Source: Bacilli bacterium (GTDB lineage Bacteria > Bacillota_I > Bacilli_A > ML615J-28 > CAG-698). Taken from it: a DNA stretch of 64,000 nt. A model generated the notes under the pieces. It saw only the letters and a program-made list of their open reading frames with translations. It was not told the DNA's origin and did no database searches. Position numbers and translations under genes: made by a program. This document shows positions 28,485-38,659 of the stretch, piece after piece (within the stretch, counting starts at the first letter, position 1; each line of letters begins with the position of its first letter). The stretch is from the NCBI GenBank assembly GCA_050953065.1, contig JBMNLZ010000002.1, positions 192,001-256,000 of the forward strand, in the 5' to 3' direction.

Positions 28485-29477
28485 ATGAATCAAGTAAAAA
28501 TATATGATGTTGCCGGAGCTGCAGGAGTATCGCTTGCGACGGTTTCTAGAGTTCTTAATCATCCAGAAAAAGTAAAAGAAGCAACAAGAGAAAAGGTACT
28601 AAGAATCATTAAAGAAAAAGGGTATAAACCAAATGCTAATGCAAGAGGTCTTGCTAGTAGAAGATCTACTACAGTTGCAATCGTTGTACCAAATGTTTCT
28701 AGAGCATCTGTTGCTGAAATGATTCAAGGTGTTGTTGATACTGCAAAAGAATATGGTTATACAATTAGACTATTTGTTAGTGAAGATGCAACATCTCCAA
28801 GTGATCTATGGGGAGATGTCATTGCTAGTAGTGTTGATGGCGTTTTATTTATGAATGATCAAATGAATAGTGAACTTTATAAACAATTAGAACTTGCACC
28901 TGTGCCTGTTGTGTTTGTTAATTCAATTTCTGAAAGAGAAGGATTAGGTGGAGTTAGAATTAACTATGAAGAGGCAGCTTATACAATAACAAAAGAAATG
29001 ATTGCACGTGGTAATAAAAGTATCATGTTTATTAAATCAGGACATAAATATTCAGTTAATGAAATGAAAGAAGTAGGCTATGTTAAAGCCATGAAAGAAG
29101 CAGGTCTTGCTCCTGATATTGTTGTTTCAAGTGGTGATATTGATATTAATGAGGTTCAATTTAAAGAACTGTTAGATTGCAGAATTCCTGATGTTGCAAT
29201 GGCAGTTAGAGATTCTATCGCAATATCATTTATGAATATTGCAAGTAAAAAAGGAATTAAAGTTCCAGAACAACTACAAGTAATTGGTTTTCAAAATACT
29301 AGATATGCTTTACTTTCAAATCCTAAATTAACTTGTGTTGCAATTCCAATTTATGATATCGGACATAAAGCGATGAGTTATTTAACTCAGTTAATGAAAA
29401 AAGAAGATGAGAGTGTTGCGAAGTCTGAGGATGTAATCGTAGATTATAATATTATATGGAGAGAATCTACTAGATAA
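28485..29477 (+). CDS. ccpA: LacI-family regulator, CcpA-like
   Basis: IYDVAGAAGVSLATVSRVLN, YKPNANARGLAS, REST; start at ATG 28485 after GAGGTG. Confidence 0.8.
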   Translation: MNQVKIYDVAGAAGVSLATVSRVLNHPEKVKEATREKVLRIIKEKGYKPNANARGLASRRSTTVAIVVPNVSRASVAEMIQGVVDTAKEYGYTIRLFVSEDATSPSDLWGDVIASSVDGVLFMNDQMNSELYKQLELAPVPVVFVNSISEREGLGGVRINYEEAAYTITKEMIARGNKSIMFIKSGHKYSVNEMKEVGYVKAMKEAGLAPDIVVSSGDIDINEVQFKELLDCRIPDVAMAVRDSIAISFMNIASKKGIKVPEQLQVIGFQNTRYALLSNPKLTCVAIPIYDIGHKAMSYLTQLMKKEDESVAKSEDVIVDYNIIWRESTR

Positions 29478-29507
29478 AATAAAAGTCCTTAAACAGGACT
29501 TTTATTT
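29477..29507 (+). terminator. Intrinsic terminator after ccpA
   Basis: AAATAAAAGTCCT...AGGACTTTTATTT. Confidence 0.8.
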
Positions 29508-29535
29508 ACTTTTTAAAGTTTTAAGGAGAAAGAAA

Positions 29536-30795
29536 ATGAAATTATTAGATGAATTAAAATGGCGTGGTTTAATTTATGATATTATAGATGAAGAAAATTT
29601 AGCTAAAAGATTAGAAGAAAAACCGATTACTTTATATTGTGGGTTTGATCCAACTGCAGATAGTATGCATATTGGTTCTTTATTACCAATTGTAACTTTA
29701 GTAAGATTTCATAAAGCTGGTCATAAAATTATTGCTTTAACTGGAAGTGGAACAGCTTTAATTGGAGATCCGAGTGGTAAAAAAAGCGAAAGAGGTTTAA
29801 ACCCAGTTGATGTGGTAAGAGAGTGGGGCGAAAACTTTAAAGAACAGTTTTCAAGATTTATTCCATTTGATGGAAAAACTGCATTTAGCATTGATAATTA
29901 TGATTGGTTAGCTGAAATGAAAGCAATTGACCTTTGGAGAGATTACGGTAAGCATTTTAATATTAATTATATGCTAGCAAAAGAAAGTGTTAAATCTCGT
30001 CTTGAGACAGGGTTAACATATTTAGAGTTTTCATATATGATAATGCAATCAATTGATTTTTTAAAGATGTATCAAGATAAGGTGCTTAATTGTGAGATGC
30101 AAATTGGTGGACAAGACCAATGGGGAAATATTACAGCTGGAATGGAATTGATTAGAAAAATTGAAGGACCAGATGCTAAAGTATATGGACTAACTATTCC
30201 TTTAATTACAAAATCAGATGGGACTAAATTTGGAAAAACAGAAAGTGGTGCAGTATGGTTAGATAAAGAAAAAACATCTCCATATGAGATGTATCAATTT
30301 TTTATCAATACTGCAGATGCGGATGTAATTAAGTTTTTAAAATATTATACTTTTTTAACTAAAGCAGAAATTGATGTATTAGAAGAAAAAGTATCAACAG
30401 AAGCTCATTTAAGACTTGCTCAAAAAAGGTTAGCTGAAGAAGTAGTAAAACTAGTTCATGGAGAGACTGCTTTAGAAGAAGCAATTAGAATTACTAATGC
30501 ATTATTTAGTGGAGATGTAAAGACTTTATCAGTTAAAGAAATTAAAGAAGGTTTTAAGAATTTTGCTTTTGTTGAAGTAAAAGAAGACATTAATATAATA
30601 GATGCTTTAGTTTTAGCAGGTGCTGCTTCATCTAAAAGAGAAGCAAGACAATTCTTAAGTAATAATGCTATTTATGTTAATGGTGATTTAGTTAATGATT
30701 TTGAAGCATTAGTTAAAAAAGAAGAAGCCTTTGGAAATGAGTTTAGTATTATTAGACGTGGTAAGAAAAACTATTATTTAATTAAACATGTATAA
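29536..30795 (+). CDS. tyrS: Tyrosine--tRNA ligase
   Basis: LYCGFDPTADSMHIG, QIGGQDQWGNI, KFGKT, S4 tail RRGKK. Confidence 0.98.
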   Translation: MKLLDELKWRGLIYDIIDEENLAKRLEEKPITLYCGFDPTADSMHIGSLLPIVTLVRFHKAGHKIIALTGSGTALIGDPSGKKSERGLNPVDVVREWGENFKEQFSRFIPFDGKTAFSIDNYDWLAEMKAIDLWRDYGKHFNINYMLAKESVKSRLETGLTYLEFSYMIMQSIDFLKMYQDKVLNCEMQIGGQDQWGNITAGMELIRKIEGPDAKVYGLTIPLITKSDGTKFGKTESGAVWLDKEKTSPYEMYQFFINTADADVIKFLKYYTFLTKAEIDVLEEKVSTEAHLRLAQKRLAEEVVKLVHGETALEEAIRITNALFSGDVKTLSVKEIKEGFKNFAFVEVKEDINIIDALVLAGAASSKREARQFLSNNAIYVNGDLVNDFEALVKKEEAFGNEFSIIRRGKKNYYLIKHV

Positions 30796-30907
30796 AAGAT
30801 ATGAGATTATAAGACCCCTAAATTGAACCAAATAAAATTGGAAAATTTGGTGATTTATTTTATAAAGCATAATAGATTTTAATTAAAAACGTTAAAGGAG
30901 GGGAAAA

Positions 30908-31984
30908 ATGAAAAAAATTTTTTATTTAATCTTCGTTTTAATTATTTTGTTAACTGGCTGTGGTTATACTGGTATTAGTTTGAACGATGTATCAATAGAT
31001 TTTACAGATTCTAATTCAGTAGTGGTATTAAAAAGGGAATATACTGAACGACAAATTATAAAAGTTTATGATGAAGAAGGTCAAGCTCTTCTTTTAATGA
31101 TACCTTATATGGATGAAGTTGCCGACCAATTAATGGCAAATAAGATAATAGAGTTGCCAGATGGAATAACTGATTTTAAGATTGTTGGCTTTTCTAACAA
31201 TCAATATAGTGGCAGTTCGGTTGATGTTCTTATTGAAACTAATGTCGGATATTATGCTATTGTTAAATTTGTATCAACTTTTGGTTTATATTTTAAATAT
31301 TATAAAATTGATGACGAATCAATTATTTATAGTAATATAAAAAATGTTATATATAAAGACCATACTACATCAGATAAATTAAAAATACATTGTAATAATG
31401 TAATCAAATATGCTTCAATAATAAATAAAGATGATAGTATTTATTTTATAAATGAGGAAAAAGAAACTCTATTATTTGAGAATAGTCAAATTAAGGATTC
31501 GTTTTTCTTGACTGCCTATGGTGAAAAACGATTAGATTATTATAATTTTATTATTATAAATCAAAATAATGAAATTAAATATTGTTCTATGTCGACAGAT
31601 CAAGAACTAGTTATAGACAAAGACATTATTGTAGAGGGTAAAATTATAAATTTTGGACCAATAGTAAATGGAGCGACTAAGATGTATACAGATACTAATA
31701 ATCCTTTTGAAAAGCAAATCATTACTGTAGAAAATCAAAAAGGTGAAATAATAGAAAAAGAAATAGTTGATTATTTCTATATACTTACAGATGAATATGT
31801 CTATGTTTATGATAAGTTAGGTGTAGAGTTTTATAAAGAAACAATAGAAGAGACAGTTTATGGAATAAATTTTATTAATTTCGGATATAAAGATAACGGC
31901 ATAGATTTGCAATTAGCTTATAAAACAAATGATAATTTATTTAGATGGAAAACAAAAACAATTGGAAAGGAAGAAAAAGAATGA
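30908..31984 (+). CDS. Uncharacterised beta-rich lipoprotein coupled to the downstream hydrolase
   Basis: Lipobox LTGC; AAGGAGG SD; ATGA overlap with next gene. Confidence 0.8.
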   Translation: MKKIFYLIFVLIILLTGCGYTGISLNDVSIDFTDSNSVVVLKREYTERQIIKVYDEEGQALLLMIPYMDEVADQLMANKIIELPDGITDFKIVGFSNNQYSGSSVDVLIETNVGYYAIVKFVSTFGLYFKYYKIDDESIIYSNIKNVIYKDHTTSDKLKIHCNNVIKYASIINKDDSIYFINEEKETLLFENSQIKDSFFLTAYGEKRLDYYNFIIINQNNEIKYCSMSTDQELVIDKDIIVEGKIINFGPIVNGATKMYTDTNNPFEKQIITVENQKGEIIEKEIVDYFYILTDEYVYVYDKLGVEFYKETIEETVYGINFINFGYKDNGIDLQLAYKTNDNLFRWKTKTIGKEEKE

Positions 31985-34900
31985 TTAAAAAAATATTTGT
32001 AAAAGGATTAATAATTTTAATGATGCTAATTTTAATAAATTTTAATGTTGAATTAAAAGCAGCTGGAAATGAGTTTGTAGGTCAAAGTGCTGGAATAACA
32101 GAACAAGATATAAAAAATGCAATAAAAATTACAGACAAAAACATTAATTATGAAACTAATATAACGTTTATTTCGCATGGTTTACAAGGTAGCGCAGCTC
32201 ACTGGAGCAATATAATGGAGATGTCTTCTGCCCTTAACAGTTATGAATTTCAATATAATCATAATTCGATTATTGAATGTTTAAGAAGGCGATGCAATGC
32301 AGATGTATATAAGATAGAAGACTTTAATACAAGTTATGTAATAGAAGATAATCAAATTGTTGGTGTAACACCACATTCATTTAAACTGAGAAAACTTATA
32401 GTTGACAGTGTTGAAAAAATTTATAAAGAAAATGAATATATAAATTCAATTACAAATATGAATAACCATATTGTTATAATTTATCAATCTTCTAATGAAA
32501 CAAATGATAAAATCTCTGATTTTGCGTATAAAGAATTGGAATTTGCAATAAACAAAATTACCTACGATGTTATACAATTAATGGAAACGAAAGTAAAAAT
32601 AAATTTAATTGGTCATAGCAGAGGGGGGATTTTAAATATGAAATATGCTATAGAATATCCTTATAATGTTGATGGTTTATTTAGTGTTGGTACCCCTTAT
32701 AACGGGACTAATTTGGCTAGCATATATAATTTGTTATCAAGTGCATTTCCTTCAAATTCGGGAGATCCGTTTGGATTAACAGATTTAATAAATTCACCTG
32801 GAGGAAGTGAAATTATAAGTATTAATCCTGAAAACAATCATTTAAAAACCGCTTGGTTGAATATGCATGAAGAATATTCACCAAACATCAATTTTCATGC
32901 AATTGCAGGTGAAACAGGTATAACACATTTGATTAAAGAATTAATAGATATTCAAAATATGGCTGGGGGGAATGCGACCTTAAGCGAAGTGGTTAATATA
33001 TTGTTTAGTGCTTTAATTGCGCTTGAACAAACATATATTAGTAATGGAATAACGCCTAATACTGATGAGAGTTCTCCTAATAGAAAACCGTATAATTCAC
33101 AAAATTTAAATTTAGAAGAGGAGCCATTGGTTAGTACGGCCGCTTTTATTTCGAGTGCACTTTTATGTTTTGGATTAAGTATAGAGAATGAGGATTATTT
33201 AGCTCTTAGTGAATTATTAATTAACTGCCGTTATTCATTCGCTGAAGGCGAGTTATTTTTAAGATCTGATTTATTTAGTCATACTTACTCACAACAGGCC
33301 GATGGCTTTGAATTTGGACTTAATGATAATATAATTTTAGTAAATAGATACAAAAAAATATTTACAGGAAATAATTCTACATATGAAATGAAAGCAGCTA
33401 ATTCTGTAGGAGTAGTTCATAATAGTGAGACAAAAGATTTAGAAATAATTAATTATATTTTATTAAATATTAATATATCTAGAAATGACAATAAAGTAAA
33501 TACTTGCTTTATTAATAAATACAATGATTCGTGCTTGGCATTTATGGGAGTTGTAATTAATAGCACTGAAAATAATGTTCATATTTCTTTGCCCAATATA
33601 ATAACTTACGATTTATATGGGGATGGAACATATATGATTCACAACGTAAAAGGCATTTCAAGATTTTTTTCTAAGAGTTTAAATAATGACAAGGTCACTC
33701 AAATTAGTTTTGGGAATAAAATAAGCATAATTGAGCAAGGGGCTTTTAATAGCTTTGATAATGTTATAGCATTTAATGTAGATGCAACGAGCGAATATTT
33801 TTGTAGTAATTCGGGTAGTTTGTATACTAAAAATAAAAAAAGTTTAATAAAGTATTGTAATGGTTCATCTTTCACAACAGCATTTATTTTGCCGAATGAA
33901 ACCACAAATATTGAGTCTTTTGCTTTTACAAATAATAATTTTTTAACAAGTGTAGACCTTAATAATGTAACAATGGTTGGAGAAAAGTGTTTTTATAATG
34001 CTTCTAATTTAGCTAGTATTGTCGGCAATCAATTGTGCTATGCTTATGATTTTGCATTCCATTATACTGAATGGCTTGACAATATAAGTAATACTGAATC
34101 AACAAATCTAGGCAAAGTATTAATAAAGTACATTGATAACTCACAACCAAAAAAAACTAAATTAGTGGTTAATCAATATTCTTGTGTATATTCATATGCT
34201 TTTTTGAATAGTGAAAATTTAGTAGAAATAATTTTCAACACTGAAGAGTTACTTGTGAATAGATATGCATTTGTAGATAATATTTCGTTAGAAAGAGTAA
34301 TGCTTTTAGTAGAACAAGTTTTTGTAATATGTCCATATTCTTTTGTTAATAATAACAATCAGTTTACGTGTTATTATTTAGAAAATGTATATATTAATGG
34401 ATTTGCAAATTTTAATATATATAGGAATCGAGGTTCTTGTGTTCCCATATCTAGATATGATTTGAATTGTAGAAGCGATGTAAATGATTTTAATAAAAAC
34501 TTGGGAAAAGGAATGTCATTAATCTATCAATTAGATGTTGATTGTGCAAAATCATATAAAATTACATCAAGTTCTACATCAGCATTTGAAATGAAAATAT
34601 ATGATCAAAATATGAATTTGATAAATGATATTGTCGCTACAATTTCAAATGATGAATTATCTGGAATAACGACTGGTACAATTACAAATTATTTAAGCCC
34701 AGGAAAATATTTTTTGAAAATAAAGTACAATGATAGTAGCAAAAGCGGAATTATAAAAACAAATTATAAAGCTACATGGCCAGTAAAAACTTACAATGTA
34801 CATTATAGCGATGTTGAAAATAAAAATAATATTTTAAATCATCTACATAAAATTTCTAAACCAATTAGTAATATTTACAAAAACGAATTAATATACGCTA

Positions 34901-36183
34901 ATTGTAAAGGCACAGGTTTTTATGAAATAAAACTTACCGGAATAAAAGAAGATGGAACTGTCATTAATTTCCCAGAAAAATCTATAAAAATATATAATAG
35001 TGCTGATAAGACCGAATTAATGCAAAAGTTTGCACTTGAAGAAAATCCATTGTTAGCAAAAAATGCATCCAATTCTAATACTGTGTATGTATATTTGACA
35101 AAAAATACAGGGTATTATATTGATATAGAATTGTATGATAAAGATTTTGTATCATTATATCTCGACATAACTTTGGCGAATATTCAAGAAATAGATATTT
35201 TTGATTTGAATAATTTAACTTCGAATGAAAATATAAATATAACAAATGAAAGTGATAAAAAGGGAGATTATGTAAAAAAAATAAAAATAAAACAAGCATG
35301 TCAAGTAAAGTTAGAAGTAGAATATGAGGGGTATCAGCATCAAAATGTAGTCATCATTCTAATGAAAATAGAATATGATAGTTTGTCAAATGAACAAACA
35401 ATAAATTTAAAATATATTGATTATCTTAATAAAGATAAAACTACGAATAATGCGAATAGCGGTGTGATTTTAGATTTAGAACCTGGAAATTATTATATTG
35501 GATACTTTAATTTGAGTAACGGCCAAATTACTATTATGAAACTAAAAAGAATTGTTAGCAATAATATTACTAATATCAATTGTGGACTACTCCCTGATCG
35601 TAGCATCCATTTCCCATATGGAAGTCAATTGTCAATTTTAGAAAAAGATGTGCCTCCTTTATACAAAAGTTATCAAGGGACTAATATTACCGTAGGTTTT
35701 ACAAGGTTAATATACTTGGACTTGGATTATGCACAATCTGATTCTAGATTAGATTATTATTGGTATTCAAGTGACAATGCTAAAGCTACTATAACAGCAT
35801 ATGCTACTATTCTTGGAAGAACTCCTGGTAATGTTACAATAATGGCGGTTTATAAAGAAGATCCATCTATCATATTTGTGAAGGAATTTACTATACAGCC
35901 AGATTTAGATAACACACCCCTAAATATAGAAATTTATCAAACCCATTCACTAAGTGAAGATGGTCCTTATCAAATAACCTTAACAGCTCAAAATAGTCCA
36001 TATGTATTTTTGCAATATTATAATTGGAGCGTTTATGTTCCGTGCCAAGAAAATGATTTTAGTGCATGGCTTGATGCTTGGGGGAATCTTGCTACTACAG
36101 GAACAGGACTTCTTTATATAACTGGTGGATATATAATTAATCCAAGGATTAGTATTACAATTTATCTGACCTTAATAGAATGA
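31981..36183 (+). CDS. Large secreted protein: lipase-like (PGAP1/DUF676-type) alpha/beta-hydrolase, BspA LRR, conserved Ig-like C-terminal scaffold
   Basis: Signal peptide ending LKA; SHGLQG, LIGHSRGG (GxSxG), VGTPYNGT; LRR units IESFAFTNN; C-terminal about 430 aa homologous to 46768-50442. Confidence 0.8.
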   Translation: MIKKIFVKGLIILMMLILINFNVELKAAGNEFVGQSAGITEQDIKNAIKITDKNINYETNITFISHGLQGSAAHWSNIMEMSSALNSYEFQYNHNSIIECLRRRCNADVYKIEDFNTSYVIEDNQIVGVTPHSFKLRKLIVDSVEKIYKENEYINSITNMNNHIVIIYQSSNETNDKISDFAYKELEFAINKITYDVIQLMETKVKINLIGHSRGGILNMKYAIEYPYNVDGLFSVGTPYNGTNLASIYNLLSSAFPSNSGDPFGLTDLINSPGGSEIISINPENNHLKTAWLNMHEEYSPNINFHAIAGETGITHLIKELIDIQNMAGGNATLSEVVNILFSALIALEQTYISNGITPNTDESSPNRKPYNSQNLNLEEEPLVSTAAFISSALLCFGLSIENEDYLALSELLINCRYSFAEGELFLRSDLFSHTYSQQADGFEFGLNDNIILVNRYKKIFTGNNSTYEMKAANSVGVVHNSETKDLEIINYILLNINISRNDNKVNTCFINKYNDSCLAFMGVVINSTENNVHISLPNIITYDLYGDGTYMIHNVKGISRFFSKSLNNDKVTQISFGNKISIIEQGAFNSFDNVIAFNVDATSEYFCSNSGSLYTKNKKSLIKYCNGSSFTTAFILPNETTNIESFAFTNNNFLTSVDLNNVTMVGEKCFYNASNLASIVGNQLCYAYDFAFHYTEWLDNISNTESTNLGKVLIKYIDNSQPKKTKLVVNQYSCVYSYAFLNSENLVEIIFNTEELLVNRYAFVDNISLERVMLLVEQVFVICPYSFVNNNNQFTCYYLENVYINGFANFNIYRNRGSCVPISRYDLNCRSDVNDFNKNLGKGMSLIYQLDVDCAKSYKITSSSTSAFEMKIYDQNMNLINDIVATISNDELSGITTGTITNYLSPGKYFLKIKYNDSSKSGIIKTNYKATWPVKTYNVHYSDVENKNNILNHLHKISKPISNIYKNELIYANCKGTGFYEIKLTGIKEDGTVINFPEKSIKIYNSADKTELMQKFALEENPLLAKNASNSNTVYVYLTKNTGYYIDIELYDKDFVSLYLDITLANIQEIDIFDLNNLTSNENINITNESDKKGDYVKKIKIKQACQVKLEVEYEGYQHQNVVIILMKIEYDSLSNEQTINLKYIDYLNKDKTTNNANSGVILDLEPGNYYIGYFNLSNGQITIMKLKRIVSNNITNINCGLLPDRSIHFPYGSQLSILEKDVPPLYKSYQGTNITVGFTRLIYLDLDYAQSDSRLDYYWYSSDNAKATITAYATILGRTPGNVTIMAVYKEDPSIIFVKEFTIQPDLDNTPLNIEIYQTHSLSEDGPYQITLTAQNSPYVFLQYYNWSVYVPCQENDFSAWLDAWGNLATTGTGLLYITGGYIINPRISITIYLTLIE

Positions 36184-36191
36184 TATATAAA

Positions 36192-36226
36192 AATACTCTA
36201 ATAATGAAAATTATTAGAGCATTTTT
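36192..36226 (+). terminator. Intrinsic terminator
   Basis: CTCTAATAAT-GAAA-ATTATTAGAG followed by T run. Confidence 0.75.
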
Positions 36227-36262
36227 ATATTTATAGAGTAATGTTAAAAAAATTAAAAACTC

Positions 36263-37264
36263 CTATTTTTTAATTCTATTAAAGCCCATTTTTTTATAAA
36301 CATCTTTGATTTTTCTTTCGGCTAATAGACTTGCTTGTCTATAACCTTCATCTAAGATATTGTCTAGTTCATTAGATTCTACTAAAGCATTATATCTGTT
36401 TTGAACTTTTTGGATTTCTTCAGCTACAATTTCAGCTAAATCTTTTTTAAAATCTCCATAGCCTTTACCTTCGTATTTTTTTTCAATTTCTTTAAAGCTT
36501 AATCCTGTAATAGTAGAATATATCATCATAAGGTTTGAAATTCCTGGTTTTAACTTTTTATCATACTTTACAATAGCTTCTGAATCAGTAACTGCACTTT
36601 TGATTTTCTTTTTAATACTTGAGATTGGTTCTAATAGATAAATACATCCTTTTTCATTTTCAGCTGATTTATCCATCTTTTTACTTGGATCTTGTAGGTC
36701 CATGATTCTAGCGCCTTTTTTACTGATAAGAGGTTCAGGGATTTTAAAAGTTTCTCCAAAGCGATTATTAAAGCGAACACCTAAATCTCTTGTTAGTTCT
36801 AGATGTTGTTTTTGATCATCTCCAACTGGAACAAAATCAGCATCATATAATAAGATATCAGCTGCCATTAAAGCAGGATAAGTGAAAAGGGCTGATGTTA
36901 CTCCTTGAGTTTGTTTGGCTTTTTTATCCTTATATTGTGTCATTCTTTCTAATTCACCCATATAGGCAATAGTTTGCATAATATAGGCAAGTTCAGCATG
37001 AGCTGGGATTTCAGATTGAATGTATAAAGCAAGGTTTTCAGTTGACAGTCCTGAAGCTAAAAAGATTGCTGCAACATTTTTAATGTTTTGGCGTAATTCT
37101 TTTGGATCTTGTGGGACAGTTATAGCGTGTAAGTCAGCCACAAAAACAAAGAATTTATAATCTGTCATTTCTTTTTGAAGGAGTGCGAAATTTCTAAAAG
37201 CTCCTAAATAATTTCCAAGAGTTGGTGTGCCACTTGGTTTTACACCTGATAATACGATTTTCAT
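36263..37264 (-). CDS. trpS: Tryptophan--tRNA ligase
   Basis: SGVKPSGTPTLGNYLGA, ADLHAIT, YPALMAADILLY, VPVGDDQKQHLE; KMSKS loop reads KMDKS. Confidence 0.97.
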   Translation of the reverse strand: MKIVLSGVKPSGTPTLGNYLGAFRNFALLQKEMTDYKFFVFVADLHAITVPQDPKELRQNIKNVAAIFLASGLSTENLALYIQSEIPAHAELAYIMQTIAYMGELERMTQYKDKKAKQTQGVTSALFTYPALMAADILLYDADFVPVGDDQKQHLELTRDLGVRFNNRFGETFKIPEPLISKKGARIMDLQDPSKKMDKSAENEKGCIYLLEPISSIKKKIKSAVTDSEAIVKYDKKLKPGISNLMMIYSTITGLSFKEIEKKYEGKGYGDFKKDLAEIVAEEIQKVQNRYNALVESNELDNILDEGYRQASLLAERKIKDVYKKMGFNRIKK

Positions 37265-37417
37265 ATGGTTCATATCAAGATAACTTGATATTCCTCCTTT
37301 CTTTTAGCCAATATGTATTATAAGCCTATTTTTTAAAAGTGTCAACTTCTTAAATTATTTCTCTTTACCCTTTAACTTTAGTATGCTATAATTTAAATAC
37401 AAGGGAAGGGTGGTTTT

Positions 37418-37888
37418 ATGATAAAGGTATATTCATCTCCAAGTTGTATTTCATGTAGAAAAGTTAAAAAATTTTTCAAATCATATAATATTCCTTTCAT
37501 TGAAAAAAACATTTTTAAAACTCCTATTTTAAAAGAAGAGATTTTTAAAATGTTAACAATGAGTGAGAATGGTTTTGATGATATCATTTCTAGAAGATCA
37601 CGTGTCTTTCAAGAAACAAAAGTTGATTTAGAAAAAATGAAAACTAAGGAATTAGTTGATTTTATTATTGAAAATCCTAGTGTCTTAAAACGTCCGATTA
37701 TTGTTAGTGAACTTGATTTACAAGTAGGTTATAACAATGAAGATATTGAAGTCTTTCTTCCAGAAGAAGTTAGAAATAGAGAATGTTTTGAATGTTATGG
37801 TAAGAATGTAGATTGTCCTTATGTAAAAGCAATTAGGTTTGAAGATAAGGAAAAAAAAGAAAAAGATAATTGTCCATTTAAGGTATAA
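37418..37888 (+). CDS. spx: Spx/MgsR-family regulator with Cys-rich C-terminal extension
   Basis: SPSCISCRK, ENGFDDIISRRS, LKRPII, LQVGYN. Confidence 0.88.
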   Translation: MIKVYSSPSCISCRKVKKFFKSYNIPFIEKNIFKTPILKEEIFKMLTMSENGFDDIISRRSRVFQETKVDLEKMKTKELVDFIIENPSVLKRPIIVSELDLQVGYNNEDIEVFLPEEVRNRECFECYGKNVDCPYVKAIRFEDKEKKEKDNCPFKV

Positions 37889-37891
37889 AAG

Positions 37892-37919
37892 AAAAATCGA
37901 CTAGATAGTCGATTTTTTT
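37892..37919. terminator. Bidirectional terminator
   Basis: AAAAATCGACTA-GA-TAGTCGATTTTT. Confidence 0.85.
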
Positions 37920-38490
37920 AATAAAGTCTTTTATAAGCATTCATAGCTCTTTTAATTTTCTTTTCTGCTTTTTTATATTGAATTGCTAGTTCAGAAATTA
38001 TTGCTATAAATTCTTTTTTTCCTTCATGATATGATGTTGCAACATATTCTAATTCATAATCAATTTCACCTAGATATGTACTTTCATCAATGAATAATAC
38101 GCCATTACTATATGGTAAATACATTCTCTTAGTTGAAAGACTTAAATAGTTATGAACTAATTGATCTTGAATAATTGAAGTAGTTTCAACTTTAATTTTT
38201 TCTTTTTCAATTACACCAGTTTCTTTTAAGACAGCAAATTCTTCTTGAGTAATCTCTTCTTTGAATTCGTGAATAGCATAACCTTTTTTCTTTTTTAAAG
38301 TTAGTTCAAGAGTATCATCTCTTTCTTTTACTCTTAAAGAAGCATCAACTGCTTTAAGAGAAAATCTTTTAGTATCAAAATAATGATTTGTTTGAAAGTC
38401 ATATTTATTACCATCAAACATTTCAATTAACTTATCATATTCTTCTTTAGTAAGTAGTGTTTTAAATTCAGCTTCTGTACCTTTATTCAT
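37918..38490 (-). CDS. CYTH-domain protein (YjbK-like)
   Basis: EAEFK, QTNHYFDT, LRVKE, ELTLK, DYELE; synteny with spx and nadK. Confidence 0.88.
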   Translation of the reverse strand: MNKGTEAEFKTLLTKEEYDKLIEMFDGNKYDFQTNHYFDTKRFSLKAVDASLRVKERDDTLELTLKKKKGYAIHEFKEEITQEEFAVLKETGVIEKEKIKVETTSIIQDQLVHNYLSLSTKRMYLPYSNGVLFIDESTYLGEIDYELEYVATSYHEGKKEFIAIISELAIQYKKAEKKIKRAMNAYKRLY

Positions 38491-38659
38491 GTTGTCCTCC
38501 TATAAAAGATAATATCTATTAAAAAGTTATTTATATTATACATAATATAATATAAAAATCAAGGGTTAAATAATATAGACTTAAAATAGATTAAAAAAAA
38601 TTTAAATTTAGATTAAATATATGTTATAATGTGTGTATATAATAATAGGAGTGTTAGTT

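Noticed and set aside
30808-30855. Possible IS3-like terminal repeat (AAGACCCCTAAATTGAACC) at the left edge of the tyrS islet
   Set aside because: No partner end or transposase found; the resemblance is from memory only.
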